From positions 15,190 to 79,189 of the forward strand of contig CAMCYF010000008.1 in the NCBI GenBank assembly GCA_945883825.1: a DNA stretch of 64,000 bases. The letters are read 5' to 3'. The DNA is from Chitinophaga pinensis (GTDB lineage: Bacteria > Bacteroidota > Bacteroidia > Flavobacteriales_D > Crocinitomicaceae). This document shows positions 10,756 through 22,228 of this stretch, piece by piece; position 1 is the first letter of the stretch, and every line of letters starts with the position of its first letter. The notes beneath the pieces are model-generated. The model did not search any database. It saw nothing but the letters and a program-made list of their open reading frames with translations, and was not told where the DNA came from. A program made the translations under genes and the position numbers.

Positions 10756-10823
10756 AATAAATTTGGTTTTTTCCTAATTTTAAAAAAAAAATAAAAGAAT
10801 TTAATTTAATAATAATATCTTTT

Positions 10824-10831
10824 TAGATTTG
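10824..10831 (+). promoter_or_regulatory. -7 box TAgaTTTG upstream of the OmpA/TPR lipoprotein gene
   Basis: Exact TAnnTTTG match 28 nt upstream of ATG 10860, in an AT-rich intergenic region. Confidence 0.4.
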
Positions 10832-10859
10832 CATAATAATTTATCTTAAATAAAAAATA

Positions 10860-12566
10860 ATGAATCGTTTTTTAACTCTTTTAATTTCCGTAAGTCTTTT
10901 GATTTCATTGAACTCCTGTGATCTTGTTAAAGATTTTACATATACTGTGAATCCAGATCCACTTGAAATGCATGGTGATAGCTTACGATTTAATGTAATA
11001 GTTAACATCCCAGAAAAAGGTATACAAAAGAAAATAAGAGCAGAGATTTCTCCAAAAATTGGAAATACGTCAATTGGGACTTGGATAGTACAAGGTGAAA
11101 AAGTTACAGGAAATGGTAAAACTGTTCTTTTTAAACCGGGTGGGACTGTAAATTTTGAAATGGTAATTCCTTATTCTAACGACATGGAGGCTGCAGACTT
11201 TAAAATTACAGGTAAAGTTTTTAAAGGTTTAAAGGAAAAAATGACCTTGCCCGAAAAGAAAATAGCTGATGCAACAATCATTACTCCATATCTTGTAAAA
11301 AAAGAATTCAAAATGATTTATGAGGAAGATGCCATAATTCGTTCAGTTGATAAAACTAAATCTGCGGTAATCAATTTTGACAGAGGACAATCAATCGTAA
11401 AGGCTAGTGAATTAAAAGACTTAGATTTAAATGATTTATTAGTTTGGATTTCAACATCCCAACTAAATCCAAAAATCAAAATCAATTCAATTGATCTAGT
11501 TGGATATGCTTCACCTGATGGAGTTGAAGATAAGAATTCAAATTTATCAAACGAAAGAACAAAGTCAGCTAGAGCCTCACTAATATCATTAATGAAAAAA
11601 GCAAAAATTGCTATTTATACTGATACTTCTTATTATATGTTGCAGGGTAAAGGTGAGGATTTTGATGGCTTTAAAGAACAGTTGAGCCTTACCTCATCTA
11701 TTTCTGAAGCAGATAAAAACTTATTTATTAGAATTTTAGAAATGACAAAAGATCCAGTTCAACGCGAAACAGAAATGATTAATTTAGGGAAATCATATAC
11801 TGAATTAGAAAAAGATGTTTTTCCTAAAATTAGACGTGCTAATATTATTGTGAATTATACAGAAAATGGCCTAACTGATGATGAAATTATGCAAGCTTCT
11901 ATAAATAATCCTTCAGTTTTAGGTGTAGAAGAACTATTGTTTGCTGCTAAAAATCTAACACAAGACTTAAATGAAAAAGCACGAATTTATCAACTGGCTG
12001 CTTCAAATTTTGATTCTGATTATAGAACGCATAACAATTTAGGTGCTCTTAACTTTTCTCAAAATAAAATAGCAGATGCTAAAAAGAGTCTTGAAAAATC
12101 AAATTCTCTAAAAGAAAACATTGCTGCGAAGAATAATTTAGCTGGTGTTGTTTTAATTCAAGATAATAGAACACAAGCTATAAAACTAATGGCACAAACT
12201 AAATCAGTGGATACAAAAAATAGTTCTATTGTAGCATATAACAATGCTATTTTAAATATTATGACTGGAAATTACTCAAAAGCTGAAAACAACTTAAAAG
12301 ATGACTCTTTTAATAAAGCTCTTGCCTTAACACTTCAAGGTAAATTACCTCAAGCAACTAAAGTTTTAAGTGCTGTTGCCATTACCTCTGAATCTCTTTA
12401 CTTAAAAGCGATTATCTCTGCAAGAAGTGGAGAAAGTGTAGATGCAGTTGTCACTAACTTAAAACAAGCTTTTGCAAAAGATTCAAATTTAAAGACTAAA
12501 GCTTCAAAAGATCGTGAATTTTTAAAATTTATGAATGATTCAATATTTACTGCAGCATTAAATTAG
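10860..12566 (+). CDS. OmpA-domain lipoprotein with a TPR-like C-terminal region
   Basis: 568 aa. Lipobox LISLNSC, a central OmpA_C-like motif LVGYASPDGVEDKNSNLSNERTKSARASL, and a helical repeat-like C-terminal third. Confidence 0.7.
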   Translation: MNRFLTLLISVSLLISLNSCDLVKDFTYTVNPDPLEMHGDSLRFNVIVNIPEKGIQKKIRAEISPKIGNTSIGTWIVQGEKVTGNGKTVLFKPGGTVNFEMVIPYSNDMEAADFKITGKVFKGLKEKMTLPEKKIADATIITPYLVKKEFKMIYEEDAIIRSVDKTKSAVINFDRGQSIVKASELKDLDLNDLLVWISTSQLNPKIKINSIDLVGYASPDGVEDKNSNLSNERTKSARASLISLMKKAKIAIYTDTSYYMLQGKGEDFDGFKEQLSLTSSISEADKNLFIRILEMTKDPVQRETEMINLGKSYTELEKDVFPKIRRANIIVNYTENGLTDDEIMQASINNPSVLGVEELLFAAKNLTQDLNEKARIYQLAASNFDSDYRTHNNLGALNFSQNKIADAKKSLEKSNSLKENIAAKNNLAGVVLIQDNRTQAIKLMAQTKSVDTKNSSIVAYNNAILNIMTGNYSKAENNLKDDSFNKALALTLQGKLPQATKVLSAVAITSESLYLKAIISARSGESVDAVVTNLKQAFAKDSNLKTKASKDREFLKFMNDSIFTAALN

Positions 12567-12586
12567 AATTCAATAAAAGAACTATC

Positions 12587-12615
12587 AAAATCCCAGTCAT
12601 CTGGGATTTTTTTTT
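12587..12615 (+). terminator. Rho-independent terminator
   Basis: AAAATCCCAG (12587-12596), loop TCAT, CTGGGATTTT (12601-12610), then further T residues. Confidence 0.75.
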
Positions 12616-12693
12616 CAAAAAACTTTATATTACCAAAAAGAAAAATATTTAACTGACTTTGGTTAATTTTATACCAAAATTAAAAAATTCAAA

Positions 12694-13362
12694 ATGATTG
12701 ACGGAAACGAATTTAGAAAGTATGCTACAAAGCATCTTGGAATCAACAGTATGGTTGTAGATCACTATATAGAGTCTTCACTAACACCTTATATTATTGA
12801 AGAACGTCCTATGAATATGACTCAAATGGATGTTTTTTCAAGATTAATGATGGATAGAATAATATTTTTAGGTACTGGTATTAATGACCAAGTGGCAAAT
12901 ATCATCAATGCTCAATTGTTGTTTCTAGAATCTGTAGATGCTAAAAAAGACATTCAAATCTACCTTAATTCACCAGGAGGTTCTGTTTATGCAGGACTTG
13001 GTATTTATGACACAATGCAATATATTCGTCCAGATGTTGCGACAATTTGTACAGGAATGGCGGCTTCTATGGGAGCAGTTCTTTTATGCGCTGGTGCTGA
13101 TGGTAAAAGAAGTGCTTTAAAACATTCACGCGTTATGATTCATCAACCATTAGGCGGCGCGCAAGGACAAGCCTCAGATATTGAAATTACTGCTCGTGAA
13201 ATCCAAAAACTTAAGAAAGAACTATACGATATTATAGCACTGCATTCCAAACAAACATACGATAAGGTTTGGGCAGATTCAGACCGCGATTATTGGTTAA
13301 CATCTCAAGAAGCTAAAGAATATGGAATGGTAGATGAAGTTCTTTTACGCAATCCAAAATAA
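12694..13362 (+). CDS. clpP: ATP-dependent Clp protease proteolytic subunit
   Basis: 222 aa. ...[18 protein letters not shown]...[11 protein letters not shown]...IHQPLGG, carrying the Ser-His-Asp protease signature. Confidence 0.96.
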   Translation: MIDGNEFRKYATKHLGINSMVVDHYIESSLTPYIIEERPMNMTQMDVFSRLMMDRIIFLGTGINDQVANIINAQLLFLESVDAKKDIQIYLNSPGGSVYAGLGIYDTMQYIRPDVATICTGMAASMGAVLLCAGADGKRSALKHSRVMIHQPLGGAQGQASDIEITAREIQKLKKELYDIIALHSKQTYDKVWADSDRDYWLTSQEAKEYGMVDEVLLRNPK

Positions 13363-13367
13363 TATTC

Positions 13368-14606
13368 ATGGCAAAGAAAGAAACGACTTGTTCATTTTGT
13401 GGGGCAAATCGTGCAAATGTCCAAATGTTAATTGCTGGAGTTTCTGGACACATTTGCGATAGCTGTGCTATTCAAGCAAATAGAATTGTCAGTGAGGAAG
13501 TAGGCGAAACTAATGTATCTAAGGATGTTTTAAAAAATACTACAGAAATAAATATTCATAAGCCTGCTGAAATAAAACAGCTTTTAGATGAGTATGTAAT
13601 TGGACAAGATGAAGCGAAAAAAGTGCTCTCTGTTGCTGTTTACAATCATTTTAAGCGCTTAAATTTTAGGTCTAAAAAAGAAGACATAGAAGTTGATAAA
13701 TCCAATGTTATTTTGGTAGGGCGAACTGGAACTGGGAAAACTTTACTCGCTAAAACAATTGCAAAAATGCTAAATGTTCCCTTTTGTATTGCTGATGCTA
13801 CTGTTTTGACACAAGCAGGATATGTGGGAGAAGATGTTGAAAGCATTCTTTCTCGCTTATTGCAAGCAGCGGACTACAATGTTGAATCTACTCAAAAAGG
13901 AATTGTTTTTATTGACGAAATTGATAAAGTAGCTCGGAAAAATGATAATCCATCTATTACGCGAGATGTCTCTGGCGAAGGAGTTCAACAAGCTTTACTG
14001 AAATTATTGGAAGGTTGCATTGTAAGTGTTCCGCCTCAAGGAGGAAGAAAACACCCTGAACAAAAATTAGTGCAAATTGACACAAAAAATATTTTATTTA
14101 TTTGTGGTGGTGCATTTGATGGCATTGAGCAAATTATTGCAAGTCGTGTTAACAGACAAACAATTGGATTTAGTTCAAGCTCACAAGAAAATATAGAAAA
14201 TGAATCACTTCTTAAATATATTACGCCAACAGATATTAAAACATATGGTTTAATTCCTGAATTAATAGGTAGATTTCCTGTTTTATCTTATCTTGAGCCA
14301 CTAAATGAAAATGATTTAAAACGCATTCTCACTGAGCCTAAAAATGCGCTAATTAAACAATATATTAGGTTGTTTGATATTGATGGCGTGAAACTTAGCT
14401 TTGAAAATGAAACACTTGATTTTATCGTCAAAAAAGCACTAGAATTTAAATTGGGAGCCAGAGGATTACGCTCAATTTGCGAGGCTATTTTAACTGATGC
14501 AATGTTTGAAATTCCTTCTCTGAATTTAAAAACATTTAATGTCTCACTTGATTATGCAAATTCTCAATTCAGTAAATCAAAAATAGCTAGTCTTAAAGTT
14601 GCATAA
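13368..14606 (+). CDS. clpX: ATP-dependent Clp protease ATP-binding subunit ClpX
   Basis: 412 aa. N-terminal zinc-binding CSFCG...CDSC, Walker A GRTGTGKT, Walker B FIDEIDK. Confidence 0.96.
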   Translation: MAKKETTCSFCGANRANVQMLIAGVSGHICDSCAIQANRIVSEEVGETNVSKDVLKNTTEINIHKPAEIKQLLDEYVIGQDEAKKVLSVAVYNHFKRLNFRSKKEDIEVDKSNVILVGRTGTGKTLLAKTIAKMLNVPFCIADATVLTQAGYVGEDVESILSRLLQAADYNVESTQKGIVFIDEIDKVARKNDNPSITRDVSGEGVQQALLKLLEGCIVSVPPQGGRKHPEQKLVQIDTKNILFICGGAFDGIEQIIASRVNRQTIGFSSSSQENIENESLLKYITPTDIKTYGLIPELIGRFPVLSYLEPLNENDLKRILTEPKNALIKQYIRLFDIDGVKLSFENETLDFIVKKALEFKLGARGLRSICEAILTDAMFEIPSLNLKTFNVSLDYANSQFSKSKIASLKVA

Positions 14607-14633
14607 ATCTCTTAGGTATTTAATTCTAATTAA

Positions 14634-14641
14634 TACCTTTG
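14634..14641 (+). promoter_or_regulatory. -7 box TAccTTTG (extended TACCTTTGCACCC) upstream of pdhB
   Basis: Exact TAnnTTTG match 19 nt upstream of ATG 14661. It shares the extended sequence CTTTGCACCC with the rpsL and secY upstream regions. Confidence 0.45.
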
Positions 14642-14660
14642 CACCCACATTTAAAAAATT

Positions 14661-15632
14661 ATGAAAACGATACAATTTAGAGAAGCTTTAAGAGAGGCAA
14701 TGTCCGAAGAAATGAGAAGGGATAAAAGCGTATTTCTATTAGGTGAAGAAGTTGCTGAATATAATGGTGCATATAAGGTTTCACAAGGAATGCTTGATGA
14801 ATTTGGACCAAAAAGAGTGATTGATACGCCCATTGCAGAACTTGGTTTTACAGGAATTGCAGTTGGAGCATCTATGAATGGTTTAAAACCAATTGTTGAG
14901 TTTATGACTTGGAATTTTGCAATTCTCGCTGCAGATCAAATTATAAATTCAGCAGCGAAAATGATGCAGATGTCAGGAGGTCAATACCACTGCCCAATCG
15001 TTTTTAGAGGTGGAAATGGAACTGCCGGACAGCTTGGCGCAACTCATTCTCAGAGTTTTGAATCTTTTTACGCACACGTTCCCGGACTTAAAGTAATTAC
15101 ACCATCAAATCCAGCAGATGCTAAAGGTTTACTAAAAGCAGCAATCCGAGACGAGGATCCGGTTGTGTTTTTAGAATCAGAAAAAATGTATGGCGATAAA
15201 GGAGAGGTTCCCGAAGGAGAATATATTATTCCAATAGGAGTTGCTGATATTAAAAGAAAAGGCACAGATGTTACCTTAGTTTCATTTGGAAAAATAATGA
15301 AACTTGCCCTTGAAACAGCTGATATACTTGCTAAAGAAAATATTGATGTTGAAGTAATCGATTTAAGAACAATTCGACCTTTAGACTACGGAACTATTGT
15401 TGAATCAATCAAAAAAACAAACCGCTGTGTGGTATTGGAAGAATCTTGGCCCTTAGCATCTATTTCATCCGAAATTGCTTATCATGTTCAACGGTATGCC
15501 TTTGATTACCTAGATGCACCCGTAATGCGTGTAACTCAAACTGACACACCTTTTGCATTTTCTCCAAGCTTAATTGATGAAGCACTTCCAAACGTAAAAC
15601 GTCTTATTGAGGCCATCAAGAAAACACTGTAA
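14661..15632 (+). CDS. pdhB: Pyruvate/2-oxoacid dehydrogenase E1 component, beta subunit
   Basis: 323 aa. Transketolase-like pyrimidine-binding and C-terminal domains (VIDTPIAELGFTGIAVGASMNGLKPIVEFMTWNF...). No E1 alpha gene is adjacent. Confidence 0.9.
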   Translation: MKTIQFREALREAMSEEMRRDKSVFLLGEEVAEYNGAYKVSQGMLDEFGPKRVIDTPIAELGFTGIAVGASMNGLKPIVEFMTWNFAILAADQIINSAAKMMQMSGGQYHCPIVFRGGNGTAGQLGATHSQSFESFYAHVPGLKVITPSNPADAKGLLKAAIRDEDPVVFLESEKMYGDKGEVPEGEYIIPIGVADIKRKGTDVTLVSFGKIMKLALETADILAKENIDVEVIDLRTIRPLDYGTIVESIKKTNRCVVLEESWPLASISSEIAYHVQRYAFDYLDAPVMRVTQTDTPFAFSPSLIDEALPNVKRLIEAIKKTL

Positions 15633-15654
15633 AAAAATTTAAATATTTTATCTT

Positions 15655-15678
15655 AAAGCTCCTTTTGGAGCTTTTTTT
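15655..15678 (+). terminator. Rho-independent terminator after pdhB
   Basis: AAAGCTCC (15655-15662), loop TTTT, GGAGCTTT (15667-15674), followed by a T-run. Confidence 0.75.
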
Positions 15679-15752
15679 ATTTTAGAAACTATCTGAAAAA
15701 CAATTACTAAGACTTTTTTCAACAAAAAACTCGTTTTTTTTTCAATTCATAG

Positions 15753-15782
15753 TTGCGTAGTAAATTAAAAAAGGTATCTTTG
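15753..15782 (+). promoter_or_regulatory. Promoter of the rpsL-led ribosomal cluster (-33 TTG, 19-nt spacer, -7 TAtcTTTG)
   Basis: TTG at 15753-15755 and TATCTTTG at 15775-15782 with the consensus 19-nt spacing. Followed by GCACCC and a short hairpin CCTCAAA(15787-15793)/TTTGAGG(15799-15805). Confidence 0.6.
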
Positions 15783-15836
15783 CACCCCTCAAAGTACGTT
15801 TGAGGATTAATTATTTATTTAAATTAAGAGTATTTT

Positions 15837-16214
15837 ATGCCAACTATTCAACAATTAGTTCGCAAAGGAAGAACTGCGGTAGTGAAGAAAAGTAAATCTG
15901 CTGCGCTTGATTCATGTCCACAACGTAAAGGTGTTTGTGTTCGTGTATACACGACTACACCAAAAAAGCCAAACTCGGCAATGCGTAAAGTGGCGCGTGT
16001 TCGTTTAACGAACGGGAAAGAAGTCAACGCATACATTGGTGGTGAAGGCCACAATCTTCAAGAACACTCCCTAGTACTTGTTCGCGGAGGAAGAGTAAAA
16101 GATCTTCCAGGAGTACGTTATCACATTGTTCGCGGTGCTGAAGATACAGCAGGTGTTCAAGGAAGAAGTCAAAGAAGATCAAAGTATGGAACAAAACGTC
16201 CTAAGCAGAAATAA
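15837..16214 (+). CDS. rpsL: 30S ribosomal protein S12
   Basis: 125 aa. [12 protein letters not shown]...[16 protein letters not shown]... Confidence 0.98.
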   Translation: MPTIQQLVRKGRTAVVKKSKSAALDSCPQRKGVCVRVYTTTPKKPNSAMRKVARVRLTNGKEVNAYIGGEGHNLQEHSLVLVRGGRVKDLPGVRYHIVRGAEDTAGVQGRSQRRSKYGTKRPKQK

Positions 16215-16231
16215 TTAATAAGCATTAGAAA

Positions 16232-16702
16232 ATGAGAAGAAGAAAAGCCAAGAAAATTGCGATTCTGCCAGATCCGAAATTTAACGATGTGGTTGTAACA
16301 AAATTTGTAAATAACTTAATGTTATCAGGTAAAAAAAGTATAGCATTCAGAATATTCTATGATGCAATAGATTTAATCAATAAAAAAATTGAAGATCAAG
16401 AAGGCATAGATGTTTGGAAAAAAGCATTGGAAAATATTACGCCAATTGTCGAAGTAAAAAGTCGTCGTGTTGGTGGTGCAACATTTCAAATTCCTACACC
16501 TGTTCGTGATGAGAGAAAAGCTTCATTAGCTATGAAATGGTTGATTGGTTATTCACGAAAAAGAAACGAAAAAACAATGTCGCAACGTTTAGCTTCTGAA
16601 ATAATTGCTGCTTCGAAGGAAGAGGGAGCTGCATACAAAAAGAAAGAAGATACAACACGTATGGCTGAAGCAAATAAAGCGTTTTCACATTTTAGATTTT
16701 AA
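16232..16702 (+). CDS. rpsG: 30S ribosomal protein S7
   Basis: 156 aa, S7 family, positioned between rpsL and fusA. Confidence 0.97.
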   Translation: MRRRKAKKIAILPDPKFNDVVVTKFVNNLMLSGKKSIAFRIFYDAIDLINKKIEDQEGIDVWKKALENITPIVEVKSRRVGGATFQIPTPVRDERKASLAMKWLIGYSRKRNEKTMSQRLASEIIAASKEEGAAYKKKEDTTRMAEANKAFSHFRF

Positions 16703-16705
16703 GTA

Positions 16706-18811
16706 ATGGCAAGAGACCTTAAATATACACGTAACATTGGAATTGCTGCTCATATCGATGCAGGGAAAACGACTACTACAGAACGTATTTTGTTCTATGG
16801 TGGTGTTAGTCACAAGATTGGAGAAGTTCATGACGGTGCTGCAACTATGGATTGGATGGAGCAAGAGCAAGAAAGAGGAATTACAATTACTTCTGCAGCT
16901 ACAACTTTAAATTGGAAATATCGAAATGAGCTTTATCATGTCAATATTATTGATACTCCTGGACACGTTGACTTTACAGTTGAGGTAAACCGTTCTCTTC
17001 GTGTTCTTGATGGACTGGTATTTCTATTTTCTGCTGTTGATGGTGTAGAACCTCAATCTGAAACGAATTGGAGACTAGCTAATAACTATAATGTACCTCG
17101 TATTGGTTTTGTTAACAAAATGGACCGTCAAGGCGCAGACTTTTTAAAAGTTTGTAATCAAGTTAAGACAATGCTTGGAAGTCATGCACTTCCATTGCAA
17201 ATAAACATTGGTTCTGAAGATAACTTTCAAGGGGTTGTAGATCTTATCAATTTTAAAGGCATTACTTGGAATGAAGCAGATTTAGGAATGACATTCCAGG
17301 AAATTGAAATTCCTGCTGATGTTATTGAAGAGGCAAGACAACTAAGAAGTGAATTATTAGAAGCTGTAGCTGAATTTGATGAGTCTTTAATGGAAAAATT
17401 CTTTGAAGATGAAAATTCTTTAACAGAACGAGAAATTTTAAATGCTTTAAGAGCTGCTACAATATCTGGAAAAGTTGTTCCAATGATGTGTGGTTCTGCA
17501 TTTAAGAATAAAGGTGTACAGGCAATGCTAGACATGGTAATGGAAATTCTTCCGTCTCCTTTGGATATTGAAGGAATTGTTGGTATTAACCCAAAAAATG
17601 ACCAAGAAGTATTAAGAAAACCATCATTTGATGAGCCATTTGCTGGATTAGCATTCAAAATTGCAACCGATCCTTTTGTTGGTCGACTTTGCTTTGTTCG
17701 TGCTTATTCAGGTAAATTAGCTGCAGGCTCTTATGTGTTAAACACAAGATCTGGAGATAAAGAACGGATTTCTCGTATTTTTCAAATGCATGCTAATAAG
17801 CAAAACCAAATTAACGAACTTGGTGCTGGAGATATTGGAGCAGTAGTTGGTTTTAAAGACATCAAAACAGGAGATACTTTGTGTGCAGAAAATGCACCTA
17901 TTATTCTTGAATCAATGGTATTCCCTGAACCAGTAATTGGATTAGCAATAGAGCCAAAAACACAAGCAGATACAGATAGATTATCTATTGGATTATCTAA
18001 GCTTTCTGAAGAAGACCCTACATTCCGTGTAAATACAGATGAAGAGACAGGTCAAACTATCATTTCTGGAATGGGTGAACTTCACCTTGAAATAATTATT
18101 GATCGATTAAAAAGAGAATTTAAGGTTGAAGTAAACCAGGGAGATCCTCAAGTTGCTTATAGAGAAAATATATCTGGAAACACAGATCATCGTGAAGTAT
18201 TTAAAAAACAAACTGGTGGTCGAGGTAAATTTGCTGATATATTAGTTAAAATTTCCCCTCAAGATAATCCTGAAAAAATTGGATTGGAATTCATTAACAG
18301 CATAAAAGGAGGTAATATTCCTCGTGAATTTATTCCTTCTGTTGAAAAAGGATTTAAAGATTCCATGAAAAATGGTGTTTTAGCTGGATTCCCAGTTGAA
18401 GCAATGAAAGTTGAATTAATTGATGGTTCATTCCACGCAGTCGATTCAGATTCATTGTCCTTTGAATTATGTGCTAAAATGGCTTATAGAAATTCTATGA
18501 AGCTATGTAGTCCAGTTCTTTTGGAGCCAATCATGAAACTTGAAGTTGTTACACCAGAAGAAAATATGGGTGATGTTGTTGGTGACTTAAACAGAAGACG
18601 CGGAATGATGCGTGGTATGGATGATAGAGCAGGCGCAAAAGTTTTAAAAGCAGACGTTCCTTTATCAGAAATGTTTGGTTATGTAACTCAATTACGAACG
18701 GTTACTTCAGGCAGAGCTAGCTATTCAATGGAATTTTCTCACTATGCAGATGCTCCTAAAAATATTGCTGAAGATGTTATTTCGAAAGCTAATGGTAAAG
18801 TTTCAGCATAA
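16706..18811 (+). CDS. fusA: Elongation factor G
   Basis: 701 aa. G motifs [21 protein letters not shown]. Confidence 0.98.
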   Translation: MARDLKYTRNIGIAAHIDAGKTTTTERILFYGGVSHKIGEVHDGAATMDWMEQEQERGITITSAATTLNWKYRNELYHVNIIDTPGHVDFTVEVNRSLRVLDGLVFLFSAVDGVEPQSETNWRLANNYNVPRIGFVNKMDRQGADFLKVCNQVKTMLGSHALPLQINIGSEDNFQGVVDLINFKGITWNEADLGMTFQEIEIPADVIEEARQLRSELLEAVAEFDESLMEKFFEDENSLTEREILNALRAATISGKVVPMMCGSAFKNKGVQAMLDMVMEILPSPLDIEGIVGINPKNDQEVLRKPSFDEPFAGLAFKIATDPFVGRLCFVRAYSGKLAAGSYVLNTRSGDKERISRIFQMHANKQNQINELGAGDIGAVVGFKDIKTGDTLCAENAPIILESMVFPEPVIGLAIEPKTQADTDRLSIGLSKLSEEDPTFRVNTDEETGQTIISGMGELHLEIIIDRLKREFKVEVNQGDPQVAYRENISGNTDHREVFKKQTGGRGKFADILVKISPQDNPEKIGLEFINSIKGGNIPREFIPSVEKGFKDSMKNGVLAGFPVEAMKVELIDGSFHAVDSDSLSFELCAKMAYRNSMKLCSPVLLEPIMKLEVVTPEENMGDVVGDLNRRRGMMRGMDDRAGAKVLKADVPLSEMFGYVTQLRTVTSGRASYSMEFSHYADAPKNIAEDVISKANGKVSA

Positions 18812-18825
18812 TAAACTAAAAGAAA

Positions 18826-19131
18826 ATGAGTCAAAAAATTAGAATAAAATTAAAATCATACGATCACAACCTTTTGGATAAATCGGCTGAGAAAATCGTA
18901 AAAACAGTAAAGTCTACTGGTGCAATTGTAAGTGGTCCAATTCCACTTCCAACGCACAAAAGAATTTATACTGTATTGCGTTCTCCGCACGTAATGAAAA
19001 AAGCACGTGAGCAATTTGAATTGTGTGCCTACAAAAGATTGCTAGATATTTATAGCAGTTCTTCTAAAACAGTAGATGCATTGATGAAATTAGAGCTTCC
19101 TAGTGGAGTAGATGTTGAAATTAAAGTGTAA
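18826..19131 (+). CDS. rpsJ: 30S ribosomal protein S10
   Basis: 101 aa. [18 protein letters not shown]... Follows fusA directly, with no tuf between them. Confidence 0.97.
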   Translation: MSQKIRIKLKSYDHNLLDKSAEKIVKTVKSTGAIVSGPIPLPTHKRIYTVLRSPHVMKKAREQFELCAYKRLLDIYSSSSKTVDALMKLELPSGVDVEIKV

Positions 19132-19150
19132 ATAAATTAATAACAAGAAT

Positions 19151-19765
19151 ATGCCAGGAATTATTGGTCGAAAAGTCGGAATGACTAGCATCTACAGTGC
19201 CGAGGGTAAATCATTACCATGCACAGTGATAGAAGCAGGTCCTTGTGTTGTAACTCAGGTTAAGACACAAGACAGAGATGGTTACGAGGCCGTTCAATTG
19301 GGATTTGGAGAAAAGAAAGAAAAGAATACTCCAAATGCAATGAAAGGTCACTTTAAAAATGCCAGTACAACACCTAAAGCAAAATTGGTGGAGTTCAAAG
19401 GTTTTGATAACGTAACGATTGGTGATAAAATTGATGTAGCTATCTTCGCTGAAGGTGACTTCGTTGATGTAGTAGGTACTACAAAAGGAAAAGGTTTTCA
19501 AGGTGTTGTGAGACGTCACGGATTTGCTGGAGTTGGTCAAGCGACACACGGACAGCACAATCGTCTTCGTGCTCCAGGATCTATTGGTGCTTGTTCTTAC
19601 CCTGCACGTGTATTCAAAGGAATGCGAATGGGTGGACAAATGGGTAACAAAAATAGAATGGCCTCAAACCTACAAATATTAAAAGTAATTGCTGAAAAGA
19701 ATATCCTTATCGTAAAAGGTTCAGTTCCAGGAGCAAATGGTTCAACTTTAACAATTAGAAGGTAA
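19151..19765 (+). CDS. rplC: 50S ribosomal protein L3
   Basis: 204 aa. ...[17 protein letters not shown]... Confidence 0.97.
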   Translation: MPGIIGRKVGMTSIYSAEGKSLPCTVIEAGPCVVTQVKTQDRDGYEAVQLGFGEKKEKNTPNAMKGHFKNASTTPKAKLVEFKGFDNVTIGDKIDVAIFAEGDFVDVVGTTKGKGFQGVVRRHGFAGVGQATHGQHNRLRAPGSIGACSYPARVFKGMRMGGQMGNKNRMASNLQILKVIAEKNILIVKGSVPGANGSTLTIRR

Positions 19766-20391
19766 TGAAAGCAAAAATATACGACGCAACAGGAACGGTT
19801 ACAGCTAAGTCCGTAACACTTTCAGACGACATTTTTGGTATCGAACCAAATAATCATGCTATTTACTTAGATGTTAAACAACATTTAGCGAATAAACGTC
19901 AAGGAACTCACAAGTCTAAAGAACGTGCAGAAATCGCCGGTTCTACAAGAAAAATAAAAAAACAAAAAGGAACAGGTGGAGCTCGTGCTGGTAGTGTAAA
20001 ATCAGGAACACGTGTCGGTGGTGGAAGAATTTTTGGACCACGTCCTAGAAATTACCACTTCAAATTAAACATTAAGCTAAAAAGATTAGCTCGTAAGTCT
20101 GCATTTGCCTTTAAAGCTAAAAATGATGCTATTCTTGTAATGCAAGATATCAATTTTGCAGAAGCTAAAACAAAAGATTTCAAGACATTAATTACTTCAT
20201 TGAAATTAGACGATCAAAAAGTACTTTTTATTCTTGCTGAAAATACAGATAATGTTTACTTGGCATCACGAAACCTTAAGAAAGTAAAAGTCGTAACAGC
20301 AGACTCATTTAATACCTATGATTTGTTGAATGCCAAAAAAATTATTTTAGCTGAAGGTGCAGTTAAAAAAATAGAAATGATACTTAATTAA
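19765..20391 (+). CDS. rplD: 50S ribosomal protein L4
   Basis: 208 aa. ...KQKGTGGARAGS...; supported by operon position. Confidence 0.96.
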   Translation: MKAKIYDATGTVTAKSVTLSDDIFGIEPNNHAIYLDVKQHLANKRQGTHKSKERAEIAGSTRKIKKQKGTGGARAGSVKSGTRVGGGRIFGPRPRNYHFKLNIKLKRLARKSAFAFKAKNDAILVMQDINFAEAKTKDFKTLITSLKLDDQKVLFILAENTDNVYLASRNLKKVKVVTADSFNTYDLLNAKKIILAEGAVKKIEMILN

Positions 20392-20396
20392 TCATC

Positions 20397-20693
20397 ATGC
20401 AGACAATTATAAGAAAACCTGTCATTACTGAGAAAGCTACAATGTGTAGTGAATCACTAAATCGCTTCACATTTGAAGTTGACAAAAAAGCAAATAAGTT
20501 AGAAATTAAGAAAGCCGTTGAGAAAATGTATGGCATCAACGTTATTGATGTTCGCACAATGAATTATGGTGGTGGTGCTTCTTCTGCTAAATACACAAAC
20601 AAAGGTGTTATTGAGCAAAAAAGTAAACAATGGAAAAAAGCGATAGTTTCTGTTGCAGATGGTCAAACTATAGATTTATTTAATAATTATTAA
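20397..20693 (+). CDS. rplW: 50S ribosomal protein L23
   Basis: 98 aa. Assigned from operon position and L23-like sequence. Confidence 0.95.
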   Translation: MQTIIRKPVITEKATMCSESLNRFTFEVDKKANKLEIKKAVEKMYGINVIDVRTMNYGGGASSAKYTNKGVIEQKSKQWKKAIVSVADGQTIDLFNNY

Positions 20694-20702
20694 GAAAAGG
20701 CA

Positions 20703-21527
20703 ATGAGTCTAAAGAAATTTAAACCAACAACTCCAGGGCAACGTCATAAAGTGGCATTGGAATTTAAGGGGATAACAGCGTCGACTCCAGAAAAGAGTTT
20801 GGTGTCGAGCATGAAGAAATCGGGTGGTCGAAATAATGATGGTCGAATGACAATGAGATACATTGGTGGTGGCCACAAACAAAAATACCGTATCATCGAT
20901 TTCAAACGCGATAAGTTTGATATTCCTGCTACTGTTAAAACAATTGAGTATGACCCAAATCGTACTGCTAATATTGCTTTATTATTTTATGCTGACGGAG
21001 AAAAAAGATACATCATTGCTCCAAATGGAATGAAAGTTGGAGATCAAATCTTATCAGGAAAAACTGCAACGCCAAATATTGGTAACGCAATGTATTTATC
21101 TGATATTCCTCTAGGTACTGTAATCCATAACATAGAATTGAAGCCTGGTAAAGGTGGTTCAATTGCAAGAGGAGCTGGGACATATGCACAACTTAATGCA
21201 CGTGATGGTAAATATGCAATTGTAAAGATGCCTTCAGGTGAAACTAGAATGATTTTAGTTACATGTATCGCAACTATTGGATCGGTTTCAAATTCAGAGC
21301 ACAATTTAGCTGTTTCTGGAAAAGCTGGTCGTTCAAGATGGTTAGGTCGCAGACCAAGAGTAAGAGGAGTTGTAATGAATCCTGTTGATCACCCAATGGG
21401 TGGTGGTGAAGGAAGAAATTCAGGAGGTCACCCAAGATCAAGAAATGGAATACCTGCAAAAGGATTTAAAACAAGATCTAAAAGCAAATATTCAGATAAG
21501 TTAATTATTGAAAGAAGAAAAAAATAG
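20703..21527 (+). CDS. rplB: 50S ribosomal protein L2
   Basis: 274 aa. ...[11 protein letters not shown]..., [14 protein letters not shown]. Confidence 0.98.
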   Translation: MSLKKFKPTTPGQRHKVALEFKGITASTPEKSLVSSMKKSGGRNNDGRMTMRYIGGGHKQKYRIIDFKRDKFDIPATVKTIEYDPNRTANIALLFYADGEKRYIIAPNGMKVGDQILSGKTATPNIGNAMYLSDIPLGTVIHNIELKPGKGGSIARGAGTYAQLNARDGKYAIVKMPSGETRMILVTCIATIGSVSNSEHNLAVSGKAGRSRWLGRRPRVRGVVMNPVDHPMGGGEGRNSGGHPRSRNGIPAKGFKTRSKSKYSDKLIIERRKK

Positions 21528-21530
21528 GAT

Positions 21531-21809
21531 ATGAGTCGTTCACTAAAAAAACCGCCTTTTGTTCATTATAAATTGATGAAAAGAGTTGATGATGCACAAG
21601 TTGCGAAGAGTAAAGCAGTAATTAAAACATGGTCGCGCGCATCTACTATTACGCCTGAGTTTGTAGGCTTAACATTTGCTGTTCATAATGGAAATAAATT
21701 TATTCCTGTTTTTGCAACTGAAAATATGGTTGGTCACAAACTTGGTGAATTCTCTCCAACGAGAAACTTCCGAGGACATGGAGGAAACAAAAAAGATAAA
21801 AAACGATAG
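21531..21809 (+). CDS. rpsS: 30S ribosomal protein S19
   Basis: 92 aa. ...[28 protein letters not shown]. Confidence 0.97.
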   Translation: MSRSLKKPPFVHYKLMKRVDDAQVAKSKAVIKTWSRASTITPEFVGLTFAVHNGNKFIPVFATENMVGHKLGEFSPTRNFRGHGGNKKDKKR

Positions 21810-21822
21810 AAATTAGATACTC

Positions 21823-22218
21823 ATGGGAGCAAGAAAAAGGCTAAGAGCTGAAAGTATTAAGGAAAATAAAAAATCAATTGCGTTTGCAAAGTTGAATAAT
21901 TCAAATATTTCACCACGTAAAATGAGATTGGTTGCAGATTTAATTAGAGGAATGGAAGTGAATAAAGCTTTAAATATTCTTCATTTTAATGGAAAAATTG
22001 CTTCGGTTAGCTTAGGTAAGTTGTTGCGTTCTGCAATCTCTAATTGGGAGCAGAAAAATGAAGGAGCGGATATAACACAAGAAAATTTAGTTGTTCGGTC
22101 TATCGAAGTTGGTGGTGGAGCAATGTTAAAGAGAATACAACCAGCACCTCAAGGTAGAGCGCACAGAATTAGAAAAAGATCAAACCATGTTACCATCGTA
22201 GTTGATGGAACTAAATAA
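21823..22218 (+). CDS. rplV: 50S ribosomal protein L22
   Basis: 131 aa. Assigned from operon position and L22-like sequence. Confidence 0.95.
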   Translation: MGARKRLRAESIKENKKSIAFAKLNNSNISPRKMRLVADLIRGMEVNKALNILHFNGKIASVSLGKLLRSAISNWEQKNEGADITQENLVVRSIEVGGGAMLKRIQPAPQGRAHRIRKRSNHVTIVVDGTK

Positions 22219-22228
22219 GTAGTAAGAA

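Noticed and set aside
14614-14638. Hairpin AGGTATT(14614-14620)/AATACCT(14632-14638) after clpX as a possible terminator
   Set aside because: The stem is only 7 bp with an 11-nt loop, and only three T residues follow. Its 3' arm is part of the putative pdhB -7 box, so a terminator call is not justified.
17227-17658. 143-aa minus-strand ORF inside fusA. Similar antisense ORFs occur at 19214..19639 in rplC, 23784..24101 across rpsQ/rplN, 21044..21304 in rplB, 28430..28711 and 28994..29221 in secY.
   Set aside because: All lie antisense to universally conserved translation genes whose products read perfectly on the + strand. None has independent signals, and long antisense frames are expected in AT-rich coding DNA with biased codon use.
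18812-18825. Absence of tuf between fusA and rpsJ; orphan carA (33101) without carB; orphan pdhB (14661) without an E1 alpha gene
   Set aside because: To my knowledge these arrangements are normal for Bacteroidota, where tuf sits with secE-nusG and carB and pdhA are unlinked. They are not evidence of rearrangement or loss.
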